NCBI RefSeq assembly: GCF_004010195.1
Contig: NC_057719.1
Coordinates: forward strand, 70,045,893-70,109,892
Direction of reading: 5' to 3'
Length of the DNA: 64,000 nt
From: Chiloscyllium plagiosum
Taxonomy: Eukaryota
The notes below the pieces were generated by a model. It was not told where the DNA came from. It ran no database searches and saw nothing but the letters and a program-made list of their open reading frames with translations. Made by a program: the position numbers and the translations under genes. Below, one piece after another: positions 48,071 through 60,454 of this stretch. Every line of letters starts with the position of its first letter. Position 1 is the stretch's first letter.

Positions 48071-50177
48071 GTGTCCTGTGCTCTAATTTATCAGGCTATA
48101 ATACTAACCTTGGTCCATCAAAAAGAGCCCTGTGCCCTTAACTATAATGACTGGTGATTCTTCAAATTGATATTCATATGTTATTTGAATATTTATTTTT
48201 CCAGGAACTGAAAATAGGATCTGGAGAGTGAGTCAGAAAATAACACAGCCTCAAAGCTGGAATTTTCACTGCAGGGGACAGGGCTGCTTGTGAGTTGGTT
48301 GACTCTGAGATGAGCAGGTCCTCCCTCCAAGCACCAGCACTGTGCTGACATTTTTATGAAGTGAATAAACTGTAAACAGCCCTCCATCCCTCCTCCCCTC
48401 AGGATCCCATCCACTCCATATCCATGCCAACCTTGCTATCTCATGCACTGTACAGACATCCAAAAATATCTTATGTTCTAACAGCCAATCCCATGACCCC
48501 TCATATATTCTTGAGCCAATTATACCTCTCTGGACACACCCAATACCCGTCATACCCTTTATGCCGGACTTTTCCCAATTCAACCTATGCCTCTCTGCTG
48601 ACTTCCATGGCCATTTATAGCCTATGGCAACTTGTACCTCCTACCCAACTTGCCATCTCAGCCAATATCCATCATCAGCAAACCTTAGAACCCATGCAGA
48701 GATTAAATAAATTACTACGTGCCTACTGCAGACTTCAAATTATTAAAGAAAGCTAATTTAGAAAAAACACACTTTCTACACCTACATTTCAACCACATAA
48801 TGCCTTGTACAAATATTTCATTCAAATACACAATCCTTCATAATGTCAAGCAAGTGAATTTCACAATCTCACTTCAAAGTGTTAACTGTCTATAACCACT
48901 TGTAGCTGTCAACCAATTCTGAAATGTAAGGCACATTCTATAATAATGGATGATTGTGAAATTAGTCATGCAGAACTAATCTACTAATGGAAACCTAAAT
49001 ACAACTGAGAAATACAGTTTATTTTTACACATTTCAGACATTTTAAAAAAGATTTGAAAGAGCCTTTTAAATGTGTGGAGTTTGATTCCTTGCCTTGGCA
49101 TTTTTGTCATTCCTTCTTGATACTTGCATTTGGCATTTCCTCTTGACATTTTTGTGAGATGCTTTTGACAGTTGCAAGAGCTTATATCTTCATTAGGTTT
49201 ATGCATGTTTTATGCACATTCATGCATACTTTTAATAATCTACAGGAGTCTCAGACTGTCCCTGAAGAGGAGCTTACCTCTCCCAGATGGGACCTGACTT
49301 CCCCGGACATTATCCAAAGTAGTATCTATTCTTCCAAAGGGGTAACTGGCTACTCAATCAAATCTATAGTGTTCATAACAGGGTTTCTGCCACCACTCTT
49401 TCAGGCAGTGAGTAAATAAACTGATATGCTGCATTACATGGCTGAGCCAAGATAAAACACTATCGTATCCTGGTACAAAACTTTGACTAGGATTCATTTA
49501 GAATACTGTATCTTCAACTTTGGTGCCATGACACAGTTGATGTAGTAAAGGCCCAGCTAAAGGGCCTGGGGGCCACAACATTGATATTCAATTTCAGAAA
49601 ATAAATTCTAATTCCTGGATTTTTTTTAGGGATATATGATTAAATTATTTAAAAATGCAGTGGGTAAATTATTTGAAGTGGATGACCTAATGTTAATGAG
49701 GTTACAAGCATACAAATACTGTAAACATAGAAACAGGTGAGATGTCAGAAGGTTATTCGAAGTCTATTGACCTTTGGCACATTTTCTGCAAAAGTTCAAA
49801 AGGAATTTGTATGAGCTGCTAGCTTAGGTCAATATTACTGTGCACAATAAGTATATTAAAGCCATAGTTACATGTCTCATGGGCACTGTTGCCTTCTGAA
49901 ACTCTATTTGATTGTCACGGCATCAGAGTAAAATTATCTTTGTTTATTTCCTGAAATTGGCCTCAGGACTTTAAAATTTACATTTGCCTCTCCCAGAATG
50001 TTACACGATTGGTGGTAATTGGGAAGCATTGCTAGTCAAATTCCCAGTTCTAAATAATAGTGTAGGACAGCTCTGATGGATAAGCTGTACTATACCTTGC
50101 GTACTGTGTTTATTCTCATGTATCCTGATCACAAAATACAGTATCTTTAACCTTGTAAAATACCAAGGTGCTTTACT

Positions 50178-50484
50178 GGCAGTATGGTAGCTCAGTGGTT
50201 AGCAGTGCTGCCTCACAGCACCAGGCTCCCAGAGTCGATTCCAGCCTCTGTGTGGAGTTTGCACATTCTCCCCGTGTCTGCGTGGCTCCCCTCTGGGTGC
50301 TCCAGTTTCATCCCACAGTCCAAAGATGTGCAGGTCAGGTGAGATGGCCAAGCTAATTGCCCATAGTGTTAGCTGCATTCGTCAGAGGGAAATGGGTCTG
50401 GGTGAGTTACTCTTCGGAGGGTCAGTGTGGACTTGTTGGGATGATGGGCCTGGCCGTTTCCACGCTATAGGAAATCTAATCTAT
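50178..50484 (+). mobile_element. HE1-type SINE
   Basis: GGCAGTATGGTAGCTCAGTGGTTAGCAGTGCTGCCTCACAGC head, HE1 core and AATCT tail. Confidence 0.9.
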
Positions 50485-51789
50485 TGGATTGTTCCAACAA
50501 AATTTGATAACTGGTCACATAAGAAATTATAGGTCAAATTACACAAAGCAGTTAAGATGATAGTCTTTTTAAGAAACAAATTAAAGAAAGAAGGCCAAGT
50601 GGAGAAGTTTATGGAGGCAAATCCAGAGCTTAAGGCTTTTGCAGTTGAAAGAATGTCTTCCAGCAATGATTAAGATCAGGAATATAGCACATTTCAGAGT
50701 TGGATAAGTACAAGGATATTTAAGGTTGTATGGATGCAGGAGATTTCAAAGATGAGGAGTGGATGGGGCCACGAGCAATTCTGAAAATACGGGTAAGAGT
50801 GTTTTATGTTTGAAGAATTGCTTAATCAGGAAACAATGTAGGTTAGAGCAGTGATGAGCGTATGGAACGTGGTGCAAGTTAGTAGGCAGGCAGCAAGATT
50901 TTGTATGATGTCAAATTTTCAGAGAGTGGAACACAAAAAGCAAATGATGAGCATTTTGGAATCACTAAGTCTACAAAATAAAAGGTTAAGGAGCTCAGCA
51001 GATGAGCTGAAACAGGACAAGAGATGGGCAGAAGTGAAAAGAAGAGGTCTTAATGATGTTCCAGATATGTGATTAATAGCTCATTTCAAGATCAAAGACA
51101 ACACAAATTACAAAGGTTTTGACAGTCGACAACAAGAAAACAACACTCTTGTTGCAGAATGCTTATTTTCATTTGTAGAAATTACCTCAAAAGTTCTGGA
51201 AATCACTTCCAAAGCAGAGGAAGCACCATTGCTGTCTTGCCATGCTAAAGTTTGCAAACCCTGTCCTCTCCATCTCCCAATATTTTTCATTTGTATGGGG
51301 TTCACCCTTTCAGAAGTGACAACATCTTTCATTACATTTTTAACACTCCACTGTTTATTAATATCCAAGTTATAATTGGATATGTTAAATTTTGATTAGT
51401 AACAAATCACATTCTCAGTAATTACTATGATGCTGTGGAATTAAATAATTACTTTGTGCTTCAAATGCCAGTTCCCTCAAGCTCCAAAGTGCTGGATCTT
51501 TTAATACAAATCTGAATGAGGGAATACAATGAAAAAAATATCCGAGTTTCTCAATTTTCAAACTCTTAACTGTAAATCATTAAATAAAATCAGATATAAA
51601 ATTTAATGGTGATGTGTTCTCTTAAAAAATGATCTGGTAAAATCGTAAAGGCTGTTATATTCTTAAACAAGAAATAGCAGCATCGTTATAAATAGTCCTG
51701 GGTGATAGTATCTTCCACTGACCACAAAGAAATCTACCCAGAAAGATCTAACAAATATTTTCATTCTTGTATCTGCTGAAGACAGCTGA

Positions 51790-52090
51790 AGGAAGGAGCC
51801 CTAGGAATAGTGGATGCATTGGTGGTCATTTTCCAAGATTTTTTAAATTCTGAAACAGTCCCTACAGATTAGAGGGTACTAATCTAACCCCACTACTTAA
51901 AAGGGTGGGTTGAGAGAAAACAGAGAATTAAAGACCAGATGGTCTGACATCAATAATGGGTAAGATGCTAGAGACCATTATCAATGATTTCATTGCACAG
52001 CACATGGAAAATCGTGGGAATCAGGCACAGTCAGTGTGGATTCACAAAAGGAAGTCATGCTTGACAAATCTATTAGAATTCTTTGCAACA
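51790..52090 (+). mobile_element. CR1 RT fragment
   Basis: IVDALVVIFQD, LTSIMGKMLETII and KSCLTNLLEFF. Confidence 0.8.
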
Positions 52091-53399
52091 GCAATGTCAT
52101 CAAGCATTGAAAAAAATCTCACTGGCGACAAAGCAGGATGTAAAACATGCCAATTATCTTTAATTCCCTTAAATAATTTTACATACGGTGAAATATTTGG
52201 ATGAACTGGGATTAAGGTAGAAGCTGAAAAATCATAATGTTTTATTTTAAAAATGTGGATTTTTCAAGAAAGTAATTTGCTCATACATAAATATGAAATC
52301 AGTTTTTCATGGCTGGACAGACTGCCAACTAGCAAAAATGGACCAGACTTAAAATGCCGTCATAACTCATTCAACATGGTATAATGTTTAAGGGCCTTTT
52401 CTGTGAGATTAATAGCATAAAAATGGGCATTCATATCAATTTAAGTGATTCGACAAGATAGCCATCTGTCAGGACTTCAACAGTGCACACTGAGTGCGGA
52501 AATCACTGACAGCAATTTCTTGATTTCAACATTTAACCACATGTGTGCAGATGCCAGAATTTGATGTCAGTTTTACAATTGTAATGCTGACAACTTGACC
52601 ATTGTTGTAAGTGTAAAATCCAGTTCATTCTCTGGTGCAGCAATGAACATGGCCTTTTCTCCCCATTCAGGATGAATTGCACAAGGAAAATTAATTAGCC
52701 TCCTTATTTGCTTTGGACTCATTAACATTCCACGAATACTCATTAACACCCCAACCCACCAATATTGTATTCACACAAGCGACGTATTTAGCTAAAAAAA
52801 AGTCAACATGTGTGTTCACAAAAGGCTTGAACCAGAAGCAATTCTTCCCCCAAGCTCTGGTGGATATGAATTTTTTCAGTAATTTGGCTCTTTAAAACCC
52901 AAGCGATTTATTTGCATAAATGTTCACTGTATTAAGGGTGAGGCAGCTCATGAGAAATCTCAGTTACAAAGACTCTGGCTTGTTGCACATTTTGAGTTTT
53001 CTGACTGAAGCCTGACTAGGTCAATAAGTTTGCTTAAGCGAGGCAGTCACACTAGCTGATGCCAGCAACCTAACTGAGGCAGGTCTTTTACGGTTGTGTG
53101 TTTGTCAAATATGCACATTCCCCTGGTTATAATGAAAGATCAGTGATCTGATGTTACATGAGCTGTCGACTGTTGGAGCTTCTTCTCAGTTTGAAGTGTG
53201 AACCCTGGCTGATGTGAGAGAGGCAATACCATTGTAGTGCCAATAGCCTTACGCTGGCAGTTGCAATGAAGTGACAGACACAGGAGGCACCCAATTGGCT
53301 AGCACCAACCTTTTGTGTGATATCCCTTTGCAGTGGCAACCTTACAATGCTCATACTTATAGAAGCATGGAGTAAGTGCTGGTACACACTGTGATAAAG

Positions 53400-53916
53400 C
53401 GCAAATGAACATTCATCCTCTTGCTGCACCAGGATCAGGTTCTCGAACTTCCAACAGATGCCAATAAACCGCCGCCACCTCTGTTCAAAGTGTCTTTGTC
53501 AGGTGGGTTCACCTTGTTGCCATCCCTAGGATGAAGAACTTCATTTCTCTCCTGGACAGCCTTCAGGAGAACTTCCAGGGTGGCATCGCTAAAAAGCCTG
53601 GTCACACGACATCTGGCTTTGACATCTGCAAGGATGAATGGGATAATCAGCAGAGCTGATTGGTGGTCCTGGATTCCAGACAATGATCTTCTGTCTGGGT
53701 GCATTTTAAAATACAACATCCAGGATTTGGAACCTCCAAGTTCCTGGTGGAGATGGGCAAATGTCCTGCCTGCCTGCCTGCCCAGTGTGCACATTTAATC
53801 ATCTGAAAAGAACATAATCCATTGGGAAAATCCAACCCACTACCAATTGGAAGGCCCTCCCATTTTTTTATGCCTACCTCCACACGTAGTGTCAAACAAA
53901 TAACAGAATTCCACCC
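53400..53916 (-). mobile_element. PIF/Harbinger-type element end with Myb/SANT-like ORF remnant
   Basis: RLFSDATLEVLLKAVQERNEVLHPRDG ... RT*..CSKRMN resembles the Myb/SANT-like accessory protein (FS..LE.L.. / RTW.QCRKR.ND); terminal GGGTGGAATTCT at 53916. Confidence 0.6.
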
Positions 53917-54006
53917 ATGTTGTTTGTCAAAAATGGTGTCTTCCACAGGTTGGAACTGAATTGCATTTCTTCCAATTAAATAGTTCAGTAAAATTATTGC
54001 ATATTT

Positions 54007-54359
54007 GGGCAGCATGGTAGCTCAGTGGTTAGCAATGCTGCCTCACAGCACCAGGGACCCAGGCTCAATTCCAGCCTCGGGCGATTGTCTGTGTGGGGTT
54101 TATGCATCCTCCCCGTGTCTATGTGGGTTTCCTCCGGGTGCTCTGGTTTCCCCCCACAGTCCAAAGATGTGCAGGTTAAGTGAATTGGCCATGCTAAATT
54201 ACCCATTGTGTTCAGGGATATGTAGGTTAGGTGCATTAGTCAAGGGAAATGTAGAGTAATAAGGTAGGCGAATGGCTCTGGTTGGGTTACTCTTCAGAAA
54301 GTTGGTGTGGACTTGTTAGGCCAAATGGCCTATTTCCACACTGTAGGGATTCTATGATT
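54007..54359 (+). mobile_element. HE1-type SINE, full length
   Basis: A box TAGCTCAGTGG, B box GGCTCAATTCC, HE1 core and GTAGGGATTCTATGA tail. Confidence 0.92.
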
Positions 54360-55582
54360 TGGTTTTGTCAAAGCTTTTGTTCATAATGCCAGAGAAATAT
54401 GGAGCTAAAAATAGAAATAATTTCAAAATATAGGTCACCCTGCCAAATGTTCAGAATTTGCTTTTGGTAAGCATTTCAAAACAAAATTGTGAATATGCAA
54501 CTTAATGTCAACCTTGTCTCATTGGCATTACAACCTATTGACTCAGGGGAGTCCAAATTCAAGGTCCCAATTCAGGAACCTGAGCTCGAAATTTAAGCTG
54601 AGACTTCAGTATATGGCTGTGGATGTGCTGACATGTTTTAGGTTATTTGTTAAATTGATGTCCCATCAGCCCTCTCAGGGAACCGAGGAACAGATGGCCT
54701 ATTCGACATTCTCATTGTAGTTTGTGCAAGTCTTTTATGTGCAATTTGGATGCTACTTTTGCTACATAAAAATAGTGAGTGAAACACAAAAAATACTTAT
54801 TGGCAACGAGGCACTTGGGATGTCCGGTGGTTGTAAATGCAAGGTTTTTTTTTCCTTAACCAAAGTAAACTTCCAACTAATCCTGCACATTGCTGAGACC
54901 ACAAATATAAGCAAGCATCTATTCCTGACAATTTTTAGAAACCCCACAGCCAGGCGTTTCAATATAAGCCTGACTTCACAAGATTTCAATATAGCATTCA
55001 AACACTTTCTGAGTAAGATAACAATTCTTCATGAAGCAACAGAAAATATTAATGCAATCTCTGATCTCAACATGGTCCTAGTGAGGACCATAATAAAACC
55101 ATACATATGCCAGAATCTTTAATACGAACAAAATACCCAAGTCACTGAATATAAGTTACTTGTCTGATAAACTTCACATTCAATGAACTACTGTCATATC
55201 CCTTTGCTGCAGTGCTTGCCAATGTCAACAATGACATATGTTGATTTGATGCATGCCTTCCCCTTCCTATATTGGTGTCTCAGTCAAAATTCTAATACTG
55301 GAGACTTTATAAAAGGATCCTTTCTCTACATTGAAGCTGATGTAATAACTACAAGCAAGTTGCCAAATAGTTAAACTTCTATACGAATCAAACATCAATT
55401 TTGTCGGTTGTTTTGGTTGAAGAAAGGAACAATAAATAAAAATATTCTCACTTTCCTGACTCTTGCAATTGCTGTTAATTAGGTATGCACTGGAAGAATT
55501 GGCATTTGGCATTTGCTGGCTCTGACAGGAAACTGGCAGCAGGAACCACATACCATTCTCTGAAATGAAGCAATTTATTTAC

Positions 55583-55726
55583 CTGTCACTGCCAAATGCA
55601 TGCTGACTGGTGTAACAGGTCGACGTGTATTCTCCACAGTTAAGGCTTGAGCTTGCTCTTCACACTTCAGATGCAATTTTCTACAGATTTGCTGATGCTC
55701 AATTGAAACTACGGGCATTTTATTAA
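55583..55726 (-). CDS. Candidate symmetric coding exon of an unidentified gene
   Basis: Acceptor aatttatttttcag, donor CAG|gtaaat; 144 nt fully open, phase 1 to 1: NKMPVVSIEHQQICRKLHLKCEEQAQALTVENTRRPVTPVSMHLAVT; retains CpGs. Confidence 0.4.
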
Positions 55727-57303
55727 CTGAAAAATAAATTTCTTCTGGCAAATTGCTTAACTGGGAATTCTATTCTGTTGATTGATGATACACTTTCAAA
55801 TGTACAAAATCACAAAATTTAAAAGTTTCATCAATGGTGTTTCCAAAGAAAATTGATGGTGATCATTAGATCATGAAAAATACCAGTGTCTATATTTACA
55901 ATAGAAAATTGACTGTGACTTAGTTAATGCAGTTATGAATAACTTTAAAATTAGTTTGTGGATGATAGATTCTGATTAGCATTTCTCAACCTTCATTAAC
56001 TAGCTTCAAGCAATAGTTGCAAATTGCATCACATATATTTCAGACTTCAAACTGCATTGCTCAATGGAAATTTTTCAAATTGAATAATTACATTGATTAT
56101 TCTGAGGTATATACTTTGAAACCAACAGCCTATCCATATGGTTAAGGTATTAGCGTAAGGCACTGGCAATTTGATTTGTGGCTTGGATGTCATTCGTGAG
56201 TGTCCTGGTTGTTTAGTGTATAATGGCAATCCCCATCATGTCCTGAAGCAACAGAGAACCAACAATTTGCATTTAAGTAGCACTTGAAACATTTTTAGAT
56301 TAAATAATTCACAAAGCACATCACAGAAACACAACCTGACAACATTTTACAATTAAATATTAGGAGGGGTGGCCAAAGGTTTGTGGATTTTAAAGAGCAC
56401 CTTACAGGATAATATGGAAACCTAGATTGCAGAAAGGACAACCATCCATGGTCAGGGACGGTGGAGATACTTAACAGTCAAGGAAATGGAGTGCTTGGGA
56501 TAGGGGAGGTATGTAGAGCTGAAGAGCATGGAGCTCAAAGATTGGAGCCGTAGAGAATTTAGACATTTGAATAAGAATTCTAAATTTGAAGATTACAGAT
56601 CGGAATCTAGTGTTGGTCAGCAGGAAAAGGGTGATGAGAAAAGTACAATAATGGGCAGCAGAGTGTTGGATGAGCTGAAATTGACATTGAGCGAAGCATC
56701 AGAGGCCAGTGAGGAAACCTTAGGACTAGAGGAATCTGGAGTTCATTGGTGACAAGTTAAAAGAAAACAGATAAGCTAAGGCAGAGCTGAAGACCAGCTA
56801 AGGCTCTCTTCAGGGTAATTGAATTAGGTTAGTAAGATTGCAAGCAATCTGGTTTAACTTGAGACAATGGCTTGAGAAGATGGAATCAGTGGCAAAGGTA
56901 CAACAATTATGGTGCAAACCCAATGATATCTTCAGTCTTCTTAGTGTTCGAATTGAAATTGTAGCTCCTCCAGACTGGATTACAGACAAGAGGCCTGACA
57001 AGGGGCAGTAGACAGATGGACAAAGGTGATGGGAAGGTGGAGTTGGGTATGTTTTTAGTGTACAGAGGGAAATTGACATGATGCCTATTAACGATATTGC
57101 TGAAAGGCAACATTATATCAAGCAGAAATGAACGAGCCCAGGATAAATCCTGGAACAAGAATGTGGTGACTTCAGCAGAAGTCTTACCATTGGTTTGTGA
57201 TCATTTAGGTTAGAATAATACCAAGCTGTTCCACTGGGCTATACTGTAAGGCTGCTCTGGATGATGATGGTGTTATCCATGTCAAAGGCCATAGAGGGGC
57301 ACT

Positions 57304-57340
57304 GAAGACAAGGAGGGGTAATGCACCCCTCCTTGTCTTC
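57304..57340. repeat. Perfect hairpin, 16-bp arms, 5-nt loop
   Basis: GAAGACAAGGAGGGGT-AATGC-ACCCCTCCTTGTCTTC. Confidence 0.97.
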
Positions 57341-57645
57341 CTTGTATTTAATAGTTTGAGAGGATGCCACCAGTCACTGTTGTGAGCAGCTTACGAACTT
57401 GATTGGAGAGATTCAAACATGGTGCTGTAGGAACTATTAGCACATACTTTTGAGGTGAAATATGCACAAGAACTTTGGAGGAGCAGAATAGGAGTTGGAG
57501 ATGGGGTGGCAATTGCAGCTATAGAGGATTATGTGTACTTTGTTGACACAGAGGAATGATGATAGTGGCTTTGAAAGCAAAAGGTGTAAGTGTCTTGAGA
57601 AGAAGGAACCATTTACAATGTCAGGTAGCAGAAAAGGAAAAGGGA

Positions 57646-58023
57646 ATAGCGAGTTTTGAGAAGATTTGTAGCTCAGGTTGAGATTTTGGATGTAGATTTG
57701 CTCGCTGAGCTGCAAGGTTCATTTCCAGATGTTTCGTTACCTTACTAGGTGACGTCTTCAGTGGGCCTCAGGCGAAGCAATGCTGAAAATCCCTGCTTTC
57801 TATTTATATGTTTGGGTTTCTTTGGGTTGGTGACGTCATTTCCTATGGTGTTGTTATTTCTTGTGGTGGAAATGACGTCATCAACCCAAAGAAACCCAAA
57901 CATATAAATAGAAAGCAGGAATTTTCAGCATTGCTTCGCCTGAGGCCCATGAAGATGTTACCTTGTAAGGTAATGAAATGTCTGGAAATGAACCTTGCAG
58001 CTCAGCGAGCAAACCTACATCTG
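57646..58023. mobile_element. Palindromic, coding-free PLE derivative (two head-to-head pLTRs) with 13-bp TSD
   Basis: Arms 57689-57843 and 57868-58021 with a 24-nt spacer; AAAGGAAAAGGGA at 57633-57645 and 58024-58036. Confidence 0.9.
57725..57764 (-). ncRNA. Minimal type I hammerhead ribozyme motif (PLE-associated), core intact
   Basis: CCA-CUGAAGA-C-GUCACCU-AGUA-AGGUAAC-GAAA-CA-UC-UGG; one mismatch in stem II, and the stem III palindrome is lost (ACAU). Confidence 0.6.
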
Positions 58024-59391
58024 AAAGGAAAAGGGATGTTCGGCACTTAGTACAGTTGAGAGACCAGAAAAGAAATTGGGAGAATATGGACACAGTTGCA
58101 ATTCATAGCTGGGGCAAGAGACAGGAACATTTTTTGTTTGATTCCTGATCTCAATAGGTCATGGGCTGTGTGAGCTCGAGTAAACACTGAGCACTATAAT
58201 CATTTCCAAGCAACTGGGGTAGGAAAAGACTTTTTAAGAAATAACTTCTTTTTTTCCTCTGGAACTTCAGTTCAGTGAACATTATTGGAAGAGATCCTCA
58301 AGTACATTCTGTGGGTGAAGAAAAGATCAGGCTTGACTGCAATATCAGTTTGTGCAGCTTTCTGACATCAACTATCAAAACTCACGCAAAAGACTGCTTG
58401 ATTTTTATGATACTTGCCTCAGCAAAAATCAGATAGTAAAGGAGAGGATATAAGCATTTCATGAAATTCCGTTTGGGAACTGATTTACTCTGCTGAGGCA
58501 GGAGAAAGGGGAACACACATGCCAAATGAAGACTGCACTCATTGATCCCACTTTCCAAATATCAGACAGAACCAGATTTTTTTTTTTAACTGGGCATAAG
58601 AAAGGGTAATAGTTTTGATAACTCAATAATAATAAACCATAGTTCAAGACCTAATGCTTGGAACCAAGCTTTCTTTAGTTATAATCGATACAAAGCCTAT
58701 AAATTTATTTAATTCACTTAATGATTTCTGGTAATTTTTTTTAAGAACAGAATGTAATTGGACAGCGATGGTTAAATTGCCTGATGTGCACTGCCAGGTG
58801 AGTGGGGAAAGACAAGACACATCTCTGGTTAGTTCGATGCATATGTAGTGTTCTGATAAATAGTGTTTTGAGTGCTCATACAATCTCATAATTGAAAAGA
58901 ACAGACTATCAATTATTAGGAACTGAAGAGGGATTGTAGCCATGTGCCCTGGGCAACAGTCATGTTAGACAGGTGCACTCACGCTGCCAGATAAGATGCA
59001 AGACTTTTTAAATCACAACAGGCCAACAAAGGATCAGAAATCTAGTTCCGAAGAGGAGTCATTGGAATTGAAACGTCAACTCTGTTCTTCTCTCTCCACA
59101 GAGTCGTTGACTTTCTCCAGCCCTTTTTGTTTTTAATATCAGATGTCTACTCTGTTTTGTATGCCTGCAGAAGAACACATACGTAAAAGGTTAAGTAGAA
59201 AAAGAAATCTAATTTCGCCACAATTGACCTGACAGCAAAGTTCTCCAGAGACAGGTTACATAATTATACCCATGCTGAATAATTTTTCCAATTTCTGTAG
59301 ATGTTGGTGCAAGTCACTCTGTTCCCATATCAAAGACACAATTAAACACAGCACATTTGTGGTCTGGAGGTGTGTTGATGCTTTAGAAAAT

Positions 59392-60454
59392 TAGCGGGTT
59401 TTGAGAAGATTGGTAGCTCAGGTTGAGGTTCTGCAGGTAAGTTTGCTCACTGAGTTGAAAGGTTCATTTTCAGACATTCCATCACCACTAGGTAACATAA
59501 TCAGTGAGCTTCCGGTGAAGCACTGGTGTTAGTGACCTGCTTCTTATTTATGTGTTTAGGTTTCCTTGGGTTGCTGATGTCATTTCCTGTGGTGATGTCA
59601 GTTCCTTTTTCCTTTTCTCAGAGTGTGGTAAATGGGGTCCAACGTGTTTATTGATAGAGTTCTGGTTGGAATGTCATGCTTCGAGGAATTCTTATGCATG
59701 TCTCTGTTTGGCTTGTCTGAGGATGGATGTGTTGTCCCAGTTGAAGTGGTGTCCTTCCTCATCCATATGTAAGGATACTAGTGAAAGTGGGTCATGTCTT
59801 GATGTAGCATGTTGATGTTCATGCATCCTGTTGGCTAGTTTACTGCAAAGACATCTCAGAAATGACTGCCAGACAACTTAGACGTCTTGGCATCATGATA
59901 GCACACAAACTCACCAACACACTAAAACAACAGCTAATGAACTTGAAAGACTCCATACGGACAACAAGCAAAACTAATGTCATTTACAAAATACCTTGCA
60001 AGAACTGTAACAAACACTACATTGGATAAACAGGCAGAAAACTAGCCACCAGGATACATGGACATCAACTAGCCGCAAGAAGACATGACCCACTCTCACT
60101 AGTATCCTTACATACAGATGAGGAAGGACACCACTTCGACTGGGACAACACATCTATCCTAGGACAAGCCAAACAGAGACATGCAAAGGAATTCCTAGAA
60201 GCATGACATTTCAACCAGAACTCTATCAACAAACACATCCACTTGGACCCCATTTACCACCCACTGAGAAAAAGAACAGGAAATGACATAACCACAGGAA
60301 ATTACATCACCAACCCAAGGAAACATAAAAACAAATAGAAAGTGGGTTACTAACACCAGTGTTTCACTAAAGGCTCACTGATGATGTTGCGTAGTAAGGC
60401 AACAAAACATCTGAAAATGAACTTTCCAGCTCAGTGAGCAAACGTACATCCAGA
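59392..60454 (+). mobile_element. Penelope-like element (Poseidon-type): GIY-YIG region plus long 5' inversion, 12-bp TSD
   Basis: NVIYKIPCKNCNKHYIG*TGRKLATRIH (about 59976-60060); arms 59430-59841 and 60039-60452; GCTTTAGAAAAT at 59380-59391 and 60455-60466. Confidence 0.92.

Larger units (their letters stand above)
56258..58130 (-). mobile_element. Old L2-like LINE remnant, interrupted by a PLE palindrome
   Basis: Purine-rich + strand starting with the tail AACAATTTGCATTTAAGTAGC. The minus strand gives a decayed QDLSWA / VNFPLYT / FDMDNT RT pattern; similar tracts lie at about 2470-4560 and 50560-51100. Confidence 0.5.
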
